Shown here in pieces: positions 53,065-62,995 of a stretch of 64,000 bases of DNA (position 1 is its first letter; each line of letters starts with the position of its first letter). The stretch is taken from IMG/VR virus record IMGVR_UViG_3300036798_000249, positions 3,165 to 67,164 of that record; one strand, written 5' to 3'. Below the pieces are notes generated by a model. That model searched no databases, was not told where the DNA came from, and saw nothing but the letters and a program-made list of their open reading frames with translations. The position numbers were made by a program, and so were the translations under genes. This stretch comes from a virus. Taxonomy: Duplodnaviria; Caudoviricetes.

Positions 53065-53595
53065 TCACCCTCGCGACGCGTCGACGAGTTCGTTCCAAAG
53101 AATTTGATATCGCAGCTGGATCGCCGTAACCGGCCCCCGATAAACCGTGATCAAGGCATCGATGCGCTGCTTGTCGACGCGTTCCGCAGCCGCATCGAAT
53201 CGGGAGCAGACTTTGCTGTCGACGAATGGCTGGATCGCCAGCGAGATATAGGCCAGCACGCGCGCCACGGTCGAACCTTGACGCGAGGCGACCGATTCGA
53301 TGGCCGTGCGGCGCAACAGCCAGAGCTTTGATCCGATATCCCAGCCATTCCAAATCGTGTCCGCGTCGAGGTCGCCCCACCATCCGCCGCGATCGGTCGA
53401 ATCGGGATCGGGCAACGGCTCGTCGATATCGGCGAGCATATTGGTTCCGAGCGCCACAACGATGGCAGTCGCCAGCGCCTGCGTATCGTCGAGCGTGCCG
53501 TCGCCGAGCAGCATCCAGTCGATCGCAACCTCGAAATACGGCGCGTCGAAGACTTGCGCGGTTCGGATATCTGGAACGGGGCTCGCTATGCCCAT
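53065..53595 (-). CDS. Mu gp46-like baseplate protein
   Basis: LATAIVVAL.T...DRGGWWGD...GSKLWLLRR. Confidence 0.88.
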   Translation of the reverse strand: MGIASPVPDIRTAQVFDAPYFEVAIDWMLLGDGTLDDTQALATAIVVALGTNMLADIDEPLPDPDSTDRGGWWGDLDADTIWNGWDIGSKLWLLRRTAIESVASRQGSTVARVLAYISLAIQPFVDSKVCSRFDAAAERVDKQRIDALITVYRGPVTAIQLRYQILWNELVDASRG

Positions 53596-53596
53596 G

Positions 53597-54577
53597 TCAT
53601 CCCATCCTCGTTTCGAGCGAGGCCAGTCTCGCCTCGATAGCATCCAACCTGCGGAAGAGTGCATCGACCCATGTAGTCGAATCCGGTTCCCGTGGTGCTG
53701 ATTGCACCGTTTCCGTTGGCAAGGTCACTCCCGGCGGCAAGGTCACTCCCGGCGGCAACGGCGGCATCGGCAGCGTGGGAATTGATGGGAGATTGAAGCC
53801 AAGCCCCTGGATGATGCTATCGACATAACCCTTGGTCGTTAGATGCATCGACGATGTCGGCGGTGCAGCGGTCACCTGTTTCATGAAGTAACCGAGACCA
53901 CCAGTAAACTTGTCGCCGAAAATCTGAACCAGCGGGCCACCGGCTCTGGTGGAGCCACCGCTCTCGGGCGGCTGAAAACTGTGCAAGCCGCTCTTGTGAT
54001 TGATCGTTTGGTCGTGAACTAGATTGGTGCTGTCATTGGTCGTCTCAAAATATTTCTTGGAACTATTTTTGTACTGCGCCTTCTGCCCTTTCTGCTGACT
54101 GCCGCTACTTCCGCCGCTGCTTCCGCCGCTACTCTGCTGGTCGGGGTCGACAAGCTGCATGCGCAGCTTCTTGTTGGTTGGCCCCGTCCAGAACCCGCCA
54201 GTCTGCGTGAGATGGAATTGCAGTTGATCCTTGTTGGTTCTGAACATGGCGACATCGCCTTTGTCGAGGTCCTTGAGGCGATGCCGGCGGTCATCCATCG
54301 GCCCGGCGACCGGAAACGAACGATTGCCGCCCATGAACGAGACTATGCACTCGGCGCTGCCGGTGACGGCGCCGTTCGAGTCTTTGTCGGCGTCCATGAC
54401 GACGCTGGTGAAGCCGTAGTTCTGCGGCGACTCGACCCCCTTGCGCGTCTCGCCGTGCATGAAGTTGCCGCCCATTTCCTGCATGAGCTTGCTGTCGTCG
54501 GCCTGATGCACGGCCGAGCGCGCGCCGCCGCCCGTGTAGCTGCGAAACGAGGAATTCATCGGCGTCGATCGATGCAT
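53597..54577 (-). CDS. Mu gp45-like baseplate spike with C-terminal extension
   Basis: VESPQNYGFTS...GGNRS...DDRRHRLKDL..GDVAM. Confidence 0.85.
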   Translation of the reverse strand: MHRSTPMNSSFRSYTGGGARSAVHQADDSKLMQEMGGNFMHGETRKGVESPQNYGFTSVVMDADKDSNGAVTGSAECIVSFMGGNRSFPVAGPMDDRRHRLKDLDKGDVAMFRTNKDQLQFHLTQTGGFWTGPTNKKLRMQLVDPDQQSSGGSSGGSSGSQQKGQKAQYKNSSKKYFETTNDSTNLVHDQTINHKSGLHSFQPPESGGSTRAGGPLVQIFGDKFTGGLGYFMKQVTAAPPTSSMHLTTKGYVDSIIQGLGFNLPSIPTLPMPPLPPGVTLPPGVTLPTETVQSAPREPDSTTWVDALFRRLDAIEARLASLETRMG

Positions 54578-54580
54578 GAT

Positions 54581-55777
54581 TTACTCTTCCATTGGCGGCG
54601 ACGGCGTGCCTTGCGGGTTTGGAGTCGGCGCGACCGGGATGTCCGGGCCTTCATCGAAAACCCTGCGATCGTTCAGTAGCCACGGCGCGACGAGCTCGAG
54701 CGTGGTTTGCGTGCCAACGCCGTTGCTCTGCTCGAACGTCACGGTGCGGATTTTCAGCGTCATGTTCAACATCGCCATCGGCGAGTCGACGAACACATTC
54801 TGACCGGGCGCCCACAGATGGACGCCGTCATAGAGCCAGCCATAGACAACGATGGTTGCCGTTATCAGGGTGCCTTCGTGCCACTTCGCTATGTTGTGGG
54901 CATGATCGCAAACCTCAGCCTGCGACTTGACCGGATGGTCCAGCGGTGTGATGAGCTTGCTGGTAAGCTCCGCTGATCCGCCGACGGTGCATTTCAACTC
55001 ATTAGCTGCCGCACCGGATTGCTCGTCGTCGCCGGCAGTCTGTCCGCGCGACTCGTAGATGAGATGCATATAGTCCTTGCTGATGACGCACTCGCAAGCC
55101 TTGATGTTCAAGCCCTCTTTCAACACGGCGCTGACGCGAAATGTATGATCGCCAATCAACAAATAATTGCCGAATTGATCCGAGCCGAGAACGGCGCCGC
55201 GCGGGCGCGAAATCCGTTCCAGAAAATCCCATGTCAATTCGCCGGGCTCGTTCTGCAATTTCGTGAACGGAATCGGATTGACCTGTCCGATGATCTTCGC
55301 TTCGCCTGGATAGACGCCCATCACTTCGGTGTAGACCTGAGACAGCGTCATGCCGTCAAAACTGCCGGTCGGCGTGTCGACGCTCGACTTGTAGCCCCAG
55401 CGCGACCACGTCTTGCCGATCAGCTGCACCTGATGGCGATTGGCGTCATAGCTGACTTGACGATCGGTGATGATGCCGGTCAGCGCCCGTTGACCAGCCA
55501 GCCAAACCGTACAGCTGTCGCCGGGCTTGAATTGCAAGAGCGTCCAATCCGACGGCGGCATGCGCTCGGCCGCGATGAACCTGAAATAGGCGAAAGCCTC
55601 GTTCCAGCGAAATTGCAGCCAAATTTGCTCCCAATCCGTGAACAGTAAACCGTTGACTTCGAGAATCGCGATTTCCTGCGGCGGGAACCGGCTGTCGACC
55701 CACGGCGCCGGCGTGTCCGGCGGCGGGTCTGGAACCTGCCCTGGTTTGGGCGGCGGCGACGGTACGCTGTCAGCCAT
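54581..55777 (-). CDS. Mu gp44-like baseplate hub
   Basis: LEVNG..FTDW, PGD.C.V.L.G...LTG.I, PGE..WDFLERI, W.PG..V.V.SP. Confidence 0.88.
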   Translation of the reverse strand: MADSVPSPPPKPGQVPDPPPDTPAPWVDSRFPPQEIAILEVNGLLFTDWEQIWLQFRWNEAFAYFRFIAAERMPPSDWTLLQFKPGDSCTVWLAGQRALTGIITDRQVSYDANRHQVQLIGKTWSRWGYKSSVDTPTGSFDGMTLSQVYTEVMGVYPGEAKIIGQVNPIPFTKLQNEPGELTWDFLERISRPRGAVLGSDQFGNYLLIGDHTFRVSAVLKEGLNIKACECVISKDYMHLIYESRGQTAGDDEQSGAAANELKCTVGGSAELTSKLITPLDHPVKSQAEVCDHAHNIAKWHEGTLITATIVVYGWLYDGVHLWAPGQNVFVDSPMAMLNMTLKIRTVTFEQSNGVGTQTTLELVAPWLLNDRRVFDEGPDIPVAPTPNPQGTPSPPMEE

Positions 55778-55778
55778 G

Positions 55779-56447
55779 TTACGCCGACAACGCCAGCCCG
55801 GCCGTTGGGCAAAACGCCGGATGCACGATCTTGTTTTCCTGCACGATCTGATCGCACCGGCTCGCGTCCTGATACAGCCGATAGGCGATGACCAGGCTGG
55901 GCAGTATGGCGGCGAATTGGTAGGCGACCATGCGCGGGAGCGGCGATGCCGACGTAATGAGGAAATTCATCACGGCGGCATCGAGTTGGATCAGCGCCAT
56001 GAAGCTTGCTTGCGCCATGCCATCGGCGGCGATCTCTTCAGCAGCGCTGAATGGCGGCACCAGCGCGGCGCGTAGCGCATCGACATCCTGCCGACTCGTG
56101 AACGTCATGCTTGCGATGATCTGCGTCTGCGTTGCAAGGCAGAAGTAGATCGCCGACGTCTGCACCAGCGTGGCGCCGAGCGTGACGGGCGTCTCGGCCT
56201 CGGTCAGGCTTCGCACATTGGCGATCTGCGCCTGGGTTGCTCCGGCCTGGCGCACGAGGTCGAAGCAATTCTGCATTGGAGCGCCGAGCGTGTCGGCGGC
56301 GATATAGCTAAACCTATTCGCCCTGAGATCGCCGATCGCGGCACGCGCCATCGCGCCGCTCTGGTCGACCGCCGATATGCAAACCGCCAACCGCTGGCCC
56401 AGGCGATCAACCAATTTCGCCGCCTCGGTCGAGTCCGGCTTCTTCAT
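55779..56447 (-). CDS. C-terminal half of Mu gpN-like DNA circularisation protein
   Basis: LPSLVIAYRLYQDASR..QIV.EN.I.HPAF. Confidence 0.75.
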   Translation of the reverse strand: MKKPDSTEAAKLVDRLGQRLAVCISAVDQSGAMARAAIGDLRANRFSYIAADTLGAPMQNCFDLVRQAGATQAQIANVRSLTEAETPVTLGATLVQTSAIYFCLATQTQIIASMTFTSRQDVDALRAALVPPFSAAEEIAADGMAQASFMALIQLDAAVMNFLITSASPLPRMVAYQFAAILPSLVIAYRLYQDASRCDQIVQENKIVHPAFCPTAGLALSA

Positions 56448-56968
56448 ACAGCTATCCCTTCATCAAGGATCGTCTGCGCGATTTGCTTGACGGTCAGCAC
56501 ACTCGCGAGGAGCTGCGCGGTCACGTCTGGCGCTGGATTCAGAGTCTTGCCGTATTCGACGAAGGTCATGTCGAAGACGCAATAGCCGCCGAACCGATCT
56601 TCCTCAGTCATTCGATATTGATTGCATGCGACCCACATCGGCGCCTGCGTCGGCAGTTGCAGGACGGCGGGCTGCCCCGCGTCCAGCACCTTGATCAGGT
56701 TGTCGCGCGCGATCCGGTAGTCGCGACGATAAAGCGGCAGTGACGTGTCGAATGGATAGACGATGCAATAGCCGCGGACCGTGAACGTCATGGCGTGACG
56801 GCCCATCGCCTCGGCATAGGGCAGATCGCGTTTTGGAAACTCATGCACGACGAGGCGCTGCCCGCCCTCGCGACTGTTGACCTGACAATGAAATTGCTGC
56901 GCGGCGAACGTCGCCGGCAACAGCTGGTCGCGCCAAAGCGTATTTGGAAGATCGAGGATGGTCGACAT
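56444..56968 (-). CDS. N-terminal half of Mu gpN-like DNA circularisation protein
   Basis: WRDQLLPATF...GGQRLVVHEFPKRD.PY.E.MG. Confidence 0.85.
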   Translation of the reverse strand: MSTILDLPNTLWRDQLLPATFAAQQFHCQVNSREGGQRLVVHEFPKRDLPYAEAMGRHAMTFTVRGYCIVYPFDTSLPLYRRDYRIARDNLIKVLDAGQPAVLQLPTQAPMWVACNQYRMTEEDRFGGYCVFDMTFVEYGKTLNPAPDVTAQLLASVLTVKQIAQTILDEGIAV

Positions 56969-56969
56969 T

Positions 56970-59900
56970 TCAGTTGCCGACGCCGCCAGCGTGCGGGGCG
57001 TCTACCTGACCGCCGCGCGCGACTTCCATCTGATGCTGTCTGTTGACCGCGACCTTGCGGAAAATGCCGCCACCTTCCATCGTCACGTCCGTTCCCTTCG
57101 GAGCATTGATGTTTGCGGTCAACGTGCCGGTGCCATTCACGTTGACGGTGTGGACCGGATGCGAGTCGATGGCTTTTCGATCGGCATCTAAGTCGGCTGA
57201 CGCACCGCCGCGCATCTTATTGATAGCGGCGGTGTGTTCCTCGGCAGCGCCCCGGCGCTGCTCCGCACCCTGCAATGATTTACTCAATGATGTCGACCAA
57301 GCCGGCTGGTTTGGGCCGATGTAAGCGCCGGGCGATGCGGCGGCACCGGTCGATGCGGCGGCACCGGAACCCTTGGCATCGGCACGGGCCTGAGCTTCTT
57401 CTTTGGTAGGCGTAATACTGGCACCACCCGGACCTATGTGAACATACGCGTGGCCCTTTTCCTTGATCATGGCAAGCACACGCGCCTTAGCTTCCGGCCA
57501 ACGATTGCCTGCAATTGCGATGCAACCCTGCGTGATCGCGTCATCACTTGATCCGGCGTGCAATTCGATACCCTCGCGATTGCGTCCGATGCTTGGGTCC
57601 CAAATCGTTTGGTTCGCAATGCCAAGCGCACCGTGCGCCTGACCCCAAGTGCCTACTGTCCCTGGCGTAATTTCATGCGTGCCCCATGGAATATGTGGGT
57701 CTGGACCGCGAACCTCTCCCGATCCAAACGGAAAATTCTTACCGCCGATATTAATCTGCCCACCAACATGACCACCACGCGCTGACAATGCGCCGGCACC
57801 GCCAGCGCCGCTTGCGCCGTCTGCGCCGGCTGGCGTATCGCCAGCACCTTTGCCGGTGCCGGGGCCGACATCGCTGCCGTTGGGCGCGCCGCCGCCGCCG
57901 GCCGCAGCAGCGATACGGTTCGCAATGCCCATATTTTCGGCGACGCTTTGCGGATGTGCTCCGATCGTCGAAAATCGTGCGCCGAGTAGCCCGCCTCGCA
58001 GGCCGCGCCCCTGCTTTACCGACGTGACCGAATCTCTCACAAACGCTTGGACTGAAGCATCTACGTCGCGAGGATTATGGCCCGGCACTTGATGCGGGTT
58101 ATATTGGAAGACACCAAATGAACCGCCTTCATCTTTGAGATTGGTAGAAGCTGGACTGAAGCCCGACTCGGCGCTGGCGACAGACGTACCGAATCGCGCC
58201 CATTCTTCGGCGGAACCTGTTTTGATCCCATACCTCGCGCCGTCGGGAGGGACAACACCGACAAGACCTGATCCCTTGTACGCCGTGAGCAATTTTTGGT
58301 AGATGGCCACGCCGCGCGGATCAACTTTGCCGCGCCCGCCACCGCTGCCCACAGCGCCACCGATCACGGCACCGCCACCGCCGCCGCCCGACGACTCGCC
58401 TGCGCCTGCGCCGGTGCCCGGCCCGACGTCGCTGCCGTAAGGCGCGCCGACACCGCCACCACCACCACCGCCACCACCACCGCCGCCGCCGCGCCTACGC
58501 AGGATGCCGCCCAGCATGCCGCCCAGGCCGCCGCCGAAACCGCCGCCGCCACCACCGCCCATCATGCCGCTGAGCATGCCGCCGATGCCACCAGCGCCGC
58601 CACCGCCGCCGCCGCCACCCATGATGCCGCCGAGCATGCCACCCAGGCCGCCAGCGCCACCACCGCCGCCGCCCATGATGCTGCCCAGCATGCCGCCTAG
58701 GCCGCCGCCACCGCCACCGCCGCCCATGCCGCCCAGAAGCCCGCCGAGCATGCCGCCGATGCCGCCGCCACCACCCGGCGTCTGGCCTGCGCCTGCGCCG
58801 GTGCCCGGCCCGACGTCGCTGCCGTAAGGCGCGCCGCCACCGCCACCGCCGCCACCGCCACCGCCACCGCCGCCGAACCCGGGCAGACCGCCGAGCCCGC
58901 GCATCGAAATGCCGCTACGCGTGCCGCCCATCAAAATCATCAGCTTGTCATTCAACCGCTTAAGCTGCTCGGTGTTCTCTTTCATTTCCTTCGCGAGTTC
59001 CGTGCCGGGCCCGCCGCCGCCGTGCAGCGGAACGACCGCCTCGGGCCCAGCCTCGCCGATCATCGCGAGCGTCGCGCGAGAGACGATACCGCCATGCTGC
59101 ATTTTCGGTACGTCGGTCGCCGTGCTGCTAAAGAAACCTTTCAAAGCATTCCACTTATCTGAGAAACTCGTTTGAGCCCCTTGATGCGCCTGGGCCGCCG
59201 CCGGGCTCCCAGATACAGCGCTCTCTTTCAAAGCCTTCAACTTATCTGCGACACCAGTTTGGGCCTCTTGATGCGCCTGAATTCTGCCCGCGACTTCAGC
59301 CGGGGTGGCTCCCGCCCATTGACCTTTGCCCAGCCTATCCAACACTCCAGCGATCTTATTTGCTTCCTCCATCACTGGGCCGATGGCTTTGACGATGTCG
59401 TCGATGTAGCCGGGCACTGCACCCAAGGCTTTCGCCAGATCAGGTCCGAATGCGGTGACCATGGCGCCGCCAGCCTTGGCGGCGGCAGCCTCGATGTCTT
59501 CCCAGGCTTTGTTGACCTTCTCCGCGTTGTCCAGAGTCACTTGCATCTGTGCTTTTTCGGCTTCGGTCAGGTTTTTGAATTTGCCTGTATGTCGCTCCAT
59601 GGCTTCCGCACTCAAGCCGAGCGCGTCGTACCATTGCGCCTCTGCTTTTGCCGCATCAGCCTTCGCCTGGGCTTCGTTGTGCGTTCGTTTTATCTCTTCG
59701 TCATAACGCGCCGCGCGAATCTTCTCTCCTTCCCGTTGGGCTATGGATAGCTTGTCCTCTGCCGTCTTCGCTGATTCTAATGCGTCGATTGTTTTCTGCA
59801 TTTTGGCCGGGTCGACGGCCATGCTGAGAATTTTTTCACGTTGCTCGCTGCCGACGCGCCCGATTTCGACCAGCCTCGTGGTGAAGTTCGCCATCATCTT

Positions 59901-60293
59901 CTGGGTCTCGTCGGCCGAGACACCTACTTTTCGAAATTGATCGACGATGTTTTGCAAATTCGTTGCGCCGACGCCAATCAGCTTCGCCTCTCGGCCGACG
60001 CTGGCCAGCTGGCCGGAAAAAGTCTTCAGCACACCTATGCCCGCAGAGGCGGCAAGGCCGAGAGCCCCAAAGCTCCCGATGTAGCCGAGCATCGCTTTTT
60101 CGCCGCCGATCGCGACCGCCGTCAGTTCCTTCATCTGGGCGCCGAGCTCGCCCTGCTTGCGTTTGAAGGTTTCGAGATTTGCCGCCGTGCTGCCAGTACC
60201 CAATTGCGAAATCTGGCCGCGCAACGAGGCAATCCCGGCCGACGCGTTGTCGACCAGACTGACGGTTAAGCGGAGTTCGTCCTGTTCGGCCAT
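56970..60293 (-). CDS. Tape measure protein with Gly-rich linkers and two putative peptidoglycan-acting domains
   Basis: Follows the chaperone; helical N-terminus; GGIV..ATLAMIGEAGPEAVVPL; SAESGF..FGVFQ; IELHAG...TQGCIAI. Confidence 0.9.
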   Translation of the reverse strand: MAEQDELRLTVSLVDNASAGIASLRGQISQLGTGSTAANLETFKRKQGELGAQMKELTAVAIGGEKAMLGYIGSFGALGLAASAGIGVLKTFSGQLASVGREAKLIGVGATNLQNIVDQFRKVGVSADETQKMMANFTTRLVEIGRVGSEQREKILSMAVDPAKMQKTIDALESAKTAEDKLSIAQREGEKIRAARYDEEIKRTHNEAQAKADAAKAEAQWYDALGLSAEAMERHTGKFKNLTEAEKAQMQVTLDNAEKVNKAWEDIEAAAAKAGGAMVTAFGPDLAKALGAVPGYIDDIVKAIGPVMEEANKIAGVLDRLGKGQWAGATPAEVAGRIQAHQEAQTGVADKLKALKESAVSGSPAAAQAHQGAQTSFSDKWNALKGFFSSTATDVPKMQHGGIVSRATLAMIGEAGPEAVVPLHGGGGPGTELAKEMKENTEQLKRLNDKLMILMGGTRSGISMRGLGGLPGFGGGGGGGGGGGGGGAPYGSDVGPGTGAGAGQTPGGGGGIGGMLGGLLGGMGGGGGGGGLGGMLGSIMGGGGGGAGGLGGMLGGIMGGGGGGGGAGGIGGMLSGMMGGGGGGGFGGGLGGMLGGILRRRGGGGGGGGGGGGGVGAPYGSDVGPGTGAGAGESSGGGGGGAVIGGAVGSGGGRGKVDPRGVAIYQKLLTAYKGSGLVGVVPPDGARYGIKTGSAEEWARFGTSVASAESGFSPASTNLKDEGGSFGVFQYNPHQVPGHNPRDVDASVQAFVRDSVTSVKQGRGLRGGLLGARFSTIGAHPQSVAENMGIANRIAAAAGGGGAPNGSDVGPGTGKGAGDTPAGADGASGAGGAGALSARGGHVGGQINIGGKNFPFGSGEVRGPDPHIPWGTHEITPGTVGTWGQAHGALGIANQTIWDPSIGRNREGIELHAGSSDDAITQGCIAIAGNRWPEAKARVLAMIKEKGHAYVHIGPGGASITPTKEEAQARADAKGSGAAASTGAAASPGAYIGPNQPAWSTSLSKSLQGAEQRRGAAEEHTAAINKMRGGASADLDADRKAIDSHPVHTVNVNGTGTLTANINAPKGTDVTMEGGGIFRKVAVNRQHQMEVARGGQVDAPHAGGVGN

Positions 60294-60482
60294 TTATTCG
60301 TCGGTTTCCCGTGCGCGACGCTCACGCAACAGCTGCGCGGTGCGCCGCAGATGCAGACCCACTTCGGTGATCGACATTTCGAGGAAGATGCGGGGATCGA
60401 CGTGATAGTGCTCGGCGAGGCGATAGCAATCGAGGATCATGCTGTCGTCGATAGTCGTGATCACCACGCTCGCAGATCGGGT
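60294..60482 (-). CDS. Tail assembly chaperone 'T' extension reached by -1 frameshift
   Basis: -1 frame open across the T8 run; no convincing own start. Confidence 0.7.
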   Translation of the reverse strand, partial: TRSASVVITTIDDSMILDCYRLAEHYHVDPRIFLEMSITEVGLHLRRTAQLLRERRARETDE

Positions 60483-60943
60483 AAAAAAAATTTGCGCAGT
60501 CTCAGTGCGCAACTATTCCAATCGCGAGGGTCCATTTCATCAAGGAACGGCGGGAGGATTCCGCAAAGCGCCGCCATGATGTAGGTCATTTTTCGTTCTT
60601 CGATGATGACCTCACTATCCCACAGCATGCGCGTCGGATTGCCGATCCGGTTGATGTCGGCGGCCTTCGGCTCGCGGAACGTCAGTTTGTCGACCAGCTC
60701 GCCCTTATCGTTGCGGATCGACTTGTAGAGCAGATGAACCGTGATGGGCCACGGGTCGGACGCCTCGGCAATGTCCCTGCGAACGAGATCGATTTCGCCA
60801 AGTGGCGGCTCGGGCGTCGGCTGCTCGGACTTCATTTGCGATGGTAGCGGCGGCGCTGGCGGCATGTCGCGCGGCAATGGCGCCGCCGGAGGATCGAGCG
60901 CTACGAACCCCTCGCGGATCGGCTTGACGTTTTCTGGGCTCAT
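60461..60943 (-). CDS. Tail assembly chaperone (G)
   Basis: V.KLTFREPKAADI...LDEMDPRDW; ends AAA TTT TTT TTA. Confidence 0.8.
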   Translation of the reverse strand: MSPENVKPIREGFVALDPPAAPLPRDMPPAPPLPSQMKSEQPTPEPPLGEIDLVRRDIAEASDPWPITVHLLYKSIRNDKGELVDKLTFREPKAADINRIGNPTRMLWDSEVIIEERKMTYIMAALCGILPPFLDEMDPRDWNSCALRLRKFFLPDLRAW

Positions 60944-61308
60944 GCGATCGACATCTCCTGACAGGCAAGGCCTTCCCAACGAACGCGCACTTGGCCGTCC
61001 CTGGTGTTGTTGTCAAAGCCAGCTTTGCATGTTCCGCCCGTCAGCGTGTACTGCATCGCGTTGGCGAGTTGCGCCACAACGGTCACATCCGTTTGCGCTT
61101 CGAGGTCTTCAAGCAACAGACCCCGCACCGTTGATAGATCGCCCTCGATGTAGGGCACGCGCGGCAGTTCCTGATACCCATGGACGCCGTCTTGCCCGGC
61201 GAGCATGGTGCGCTCGACCGCGCTTGGGCTGACCGTGAAATTGCCGCGCAACGCCAGTTGCGTGCCGTCGACGGTCAGAAAAGCTATACCGGCTATCCGC
61301 TGCGCCAT
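60940..61308 (-). CDS. Tail tube protein (Mu gpM-like)
   Basis: RIAGIAFLTVDG.QL...G.DGVHGYQE.P..PYIE. Confidence 0.9.
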   Translation of the reverse strand: MAQRIAGIAFLTVDGTQLALRGNFTVSPSAVERTMLAGQDGVHGYQELPRVPYIEGDLSTVRGLLLEDLEAQTDVTVVAQLANAMQYTLTGGTCKAGFDNNTRDGQVRVRWEGLACQEMSIA

Positions 61309-61341
61309 AGTTGCTTCCTCCTATTGCGATGATGTATTGGA

Positions 61342-62931
61342 TTACTGCGGCGCTCCCGACGACGCCTGGAACGGGCCCGACGCTGGGCCGATGATCTGCA
61401 GGTCGATGCCGCGATCGTACTGCAGACGGAATTGCGCCAGCACGGCAAAGACGCGTAGTTGATTGATGAGATCGGGAGGATACAGCACGTTAACCCGATT
61501 GGGGTCATTAGGGTCTCGCTCGACAATCAGGTTGGCTTTGAATGCCCTCAAATTCTCTACGAGGCCATTCCACATATCCATTTGATACTCGTTGACCAAC
61601 TCGGCCTTGATGATGCCGGGCGTCACGATTGCTTGGCCCGGTCCGAACTTGGTGCCGTCATCGGCGAGCTTGTGGCGCGGGAACTTCGAGGTGATCGAGC
61701 CCTTTTGATTGCGCAGCAGCTTGGCGAGCGTGGCGAGCGTGGTCACCAGCTCATAGGCGTCATCAGGCGAACCGTAGAGGTTCAGTTGATACGAAGTTTG
61801 CTCCCGCAGGATCATCGGTTGGCCGTCGCTGCCGACTTCTTGGATCGCCAAGCCGTTGGTCGCGAGCGAATTCAACTCGCCCCAATTGAAGCGGTCCTGC
61901 AGCGGGCACGCCTTGATGTTGTTGAGCGCCAGCGTCTGCAATGGGCGGGCCGGATCGTTGGTCAGGGCGCGCTGCGCTTTGGCCGCATAGGCGGCCGCGC
62001 ACTCGAACATCGGCGACGGCGTCGTCTCCTCGAATGCCATGAACGATTCAACGGCGCTGTTGTTGCCATCGCCCCAAAGGACGTGATTGTCGTAGGTGTC
62101 ACGCCTGGCGCAGAAAATGTGGCCGAATTGCTGCCGGTTCCATCCCCAGCGACCGTTGTCCGTGAAGCCATATTCTTGATCCCACGCGAACAGCGAATTG
62201 CTGTCGGTGTACGGCAGCGCCACATATTCAAAATTCTCTTTTTGGATGCCGCTGATCGCATTGGCAAACACCGGCACTGCGGTTCCGCCGGTCAGCAATC
62301 CAGTCGCTGGCAACGTGATACCGAGCCCGATCGGCAGAAACTCGCCGCCTCGGGTGCCGTAGTAATTCAAGCTCACCGTTATGTCGTTTGCGTTCACGCT
62401 CTTGAATGTCGACGTCAACGTGACGACGCCGGCCGCGGCGGCCGCAGTGACGGGAAGCGCCGGCAGGCCCAGGCTCGACTGCGCGGTGTTGATCGCGTCG
62501 GCAATGGCTGTCGCGATATCCGCAACGGTGTCGGTCGTCATGATGTTGATCGGGATGTGAGTCCCGGCGATATAGAGATGGATGGTGCCGGCATTCGTCG
62601 GCGCTGCGGTGATGGTGATATCGCCGGTGCCGGCGGTGGCGCCGACCGGTTCGGACACGGGCAATCCCCATACCTCATTGGCGAAATTGTTGGAGTAGTA
62701 CGCCTGAAATATCCGGCTAAGCTCGCTTCCCGCACCAAAGAACGAGTCGGCCATCGCCTGACTGCCGATCGGCACTGCGACATCGGGCGTCGCCGTGCCC
62801 TTGCTCGTCATGACGCCGACCATCAATGCACGCAGATTGATGGAGGGCAGGCCGGCCATGCTGGGGTCGACCTCGACGTAGTAGAGCGGGACTTTGATAT
62901 TTGCGGGAATGTTGGCGAACGAAATTGGCAA
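61342..62931 (-). CDS. Tail sheath protein (Mu gpL-like)
   Basis: ISFANIP...VPL.YVE; FGAGSEL; AKAQRAL.NDPARPLQ; DPNRVNVL.PPDLINQLRVFA. Confidence 0.95.
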   Translation of the reverse strand: MPISFANIPANIKVPLYYVEVDPSMAGLPSINLRALMVGVMTSKGTATPDVAVPIGSQAMADSFFGAGSELSRIFQAYYSNNFANEVWGLPVSEPVGATAGTGDITITAAPTNAGTIHLYIAGTHIPINIMTTDTVADIATAIADAINTAQSSLGLPALPVTAAAAAGVVTLTSTFKSVNANDITVSLNYYGTRGGEFLPIGLGITLPATGLLTGGTAVPVFANAISGIQKENFEYVALPYTDSNSLFAWDQEYGFTDNGRWGWNRQQFGHIFCARRDTYDNHVLWGDGNNSAVESFMAFEETTPSPMFECAAAYAAKAQRALTNDPARPLQTLALNNIKACPLQDRFNWGELNSLATNGLAIQEVGSDGQPMILREQTSYQLNLYGSPDDAYELVTTLATLAKLLRNQKGSITSKFPRHKLADDGTKFGPGQAIVTPGIIKAELVNEYQMDMWNGLVENLRAFKANLIVERDPNDPNRVNVLYPPDLINQLRVFAVLAQFRLQYDRGIDLQIIGPASGPFQASSGAPQ

Positions 62932-62995
62932 GGGAGCCTCCTATGTTTGAAGCCACGCGAGCCGACGCGCAGCCGACCATGATTTATCGTGAGAG

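Noticed and set aside
61459-62982. 507-aa plus-strand ORF and similar long ORFs across the tail region
   Set aside because: Antisense shadows of well-supported Mu-like tail genes
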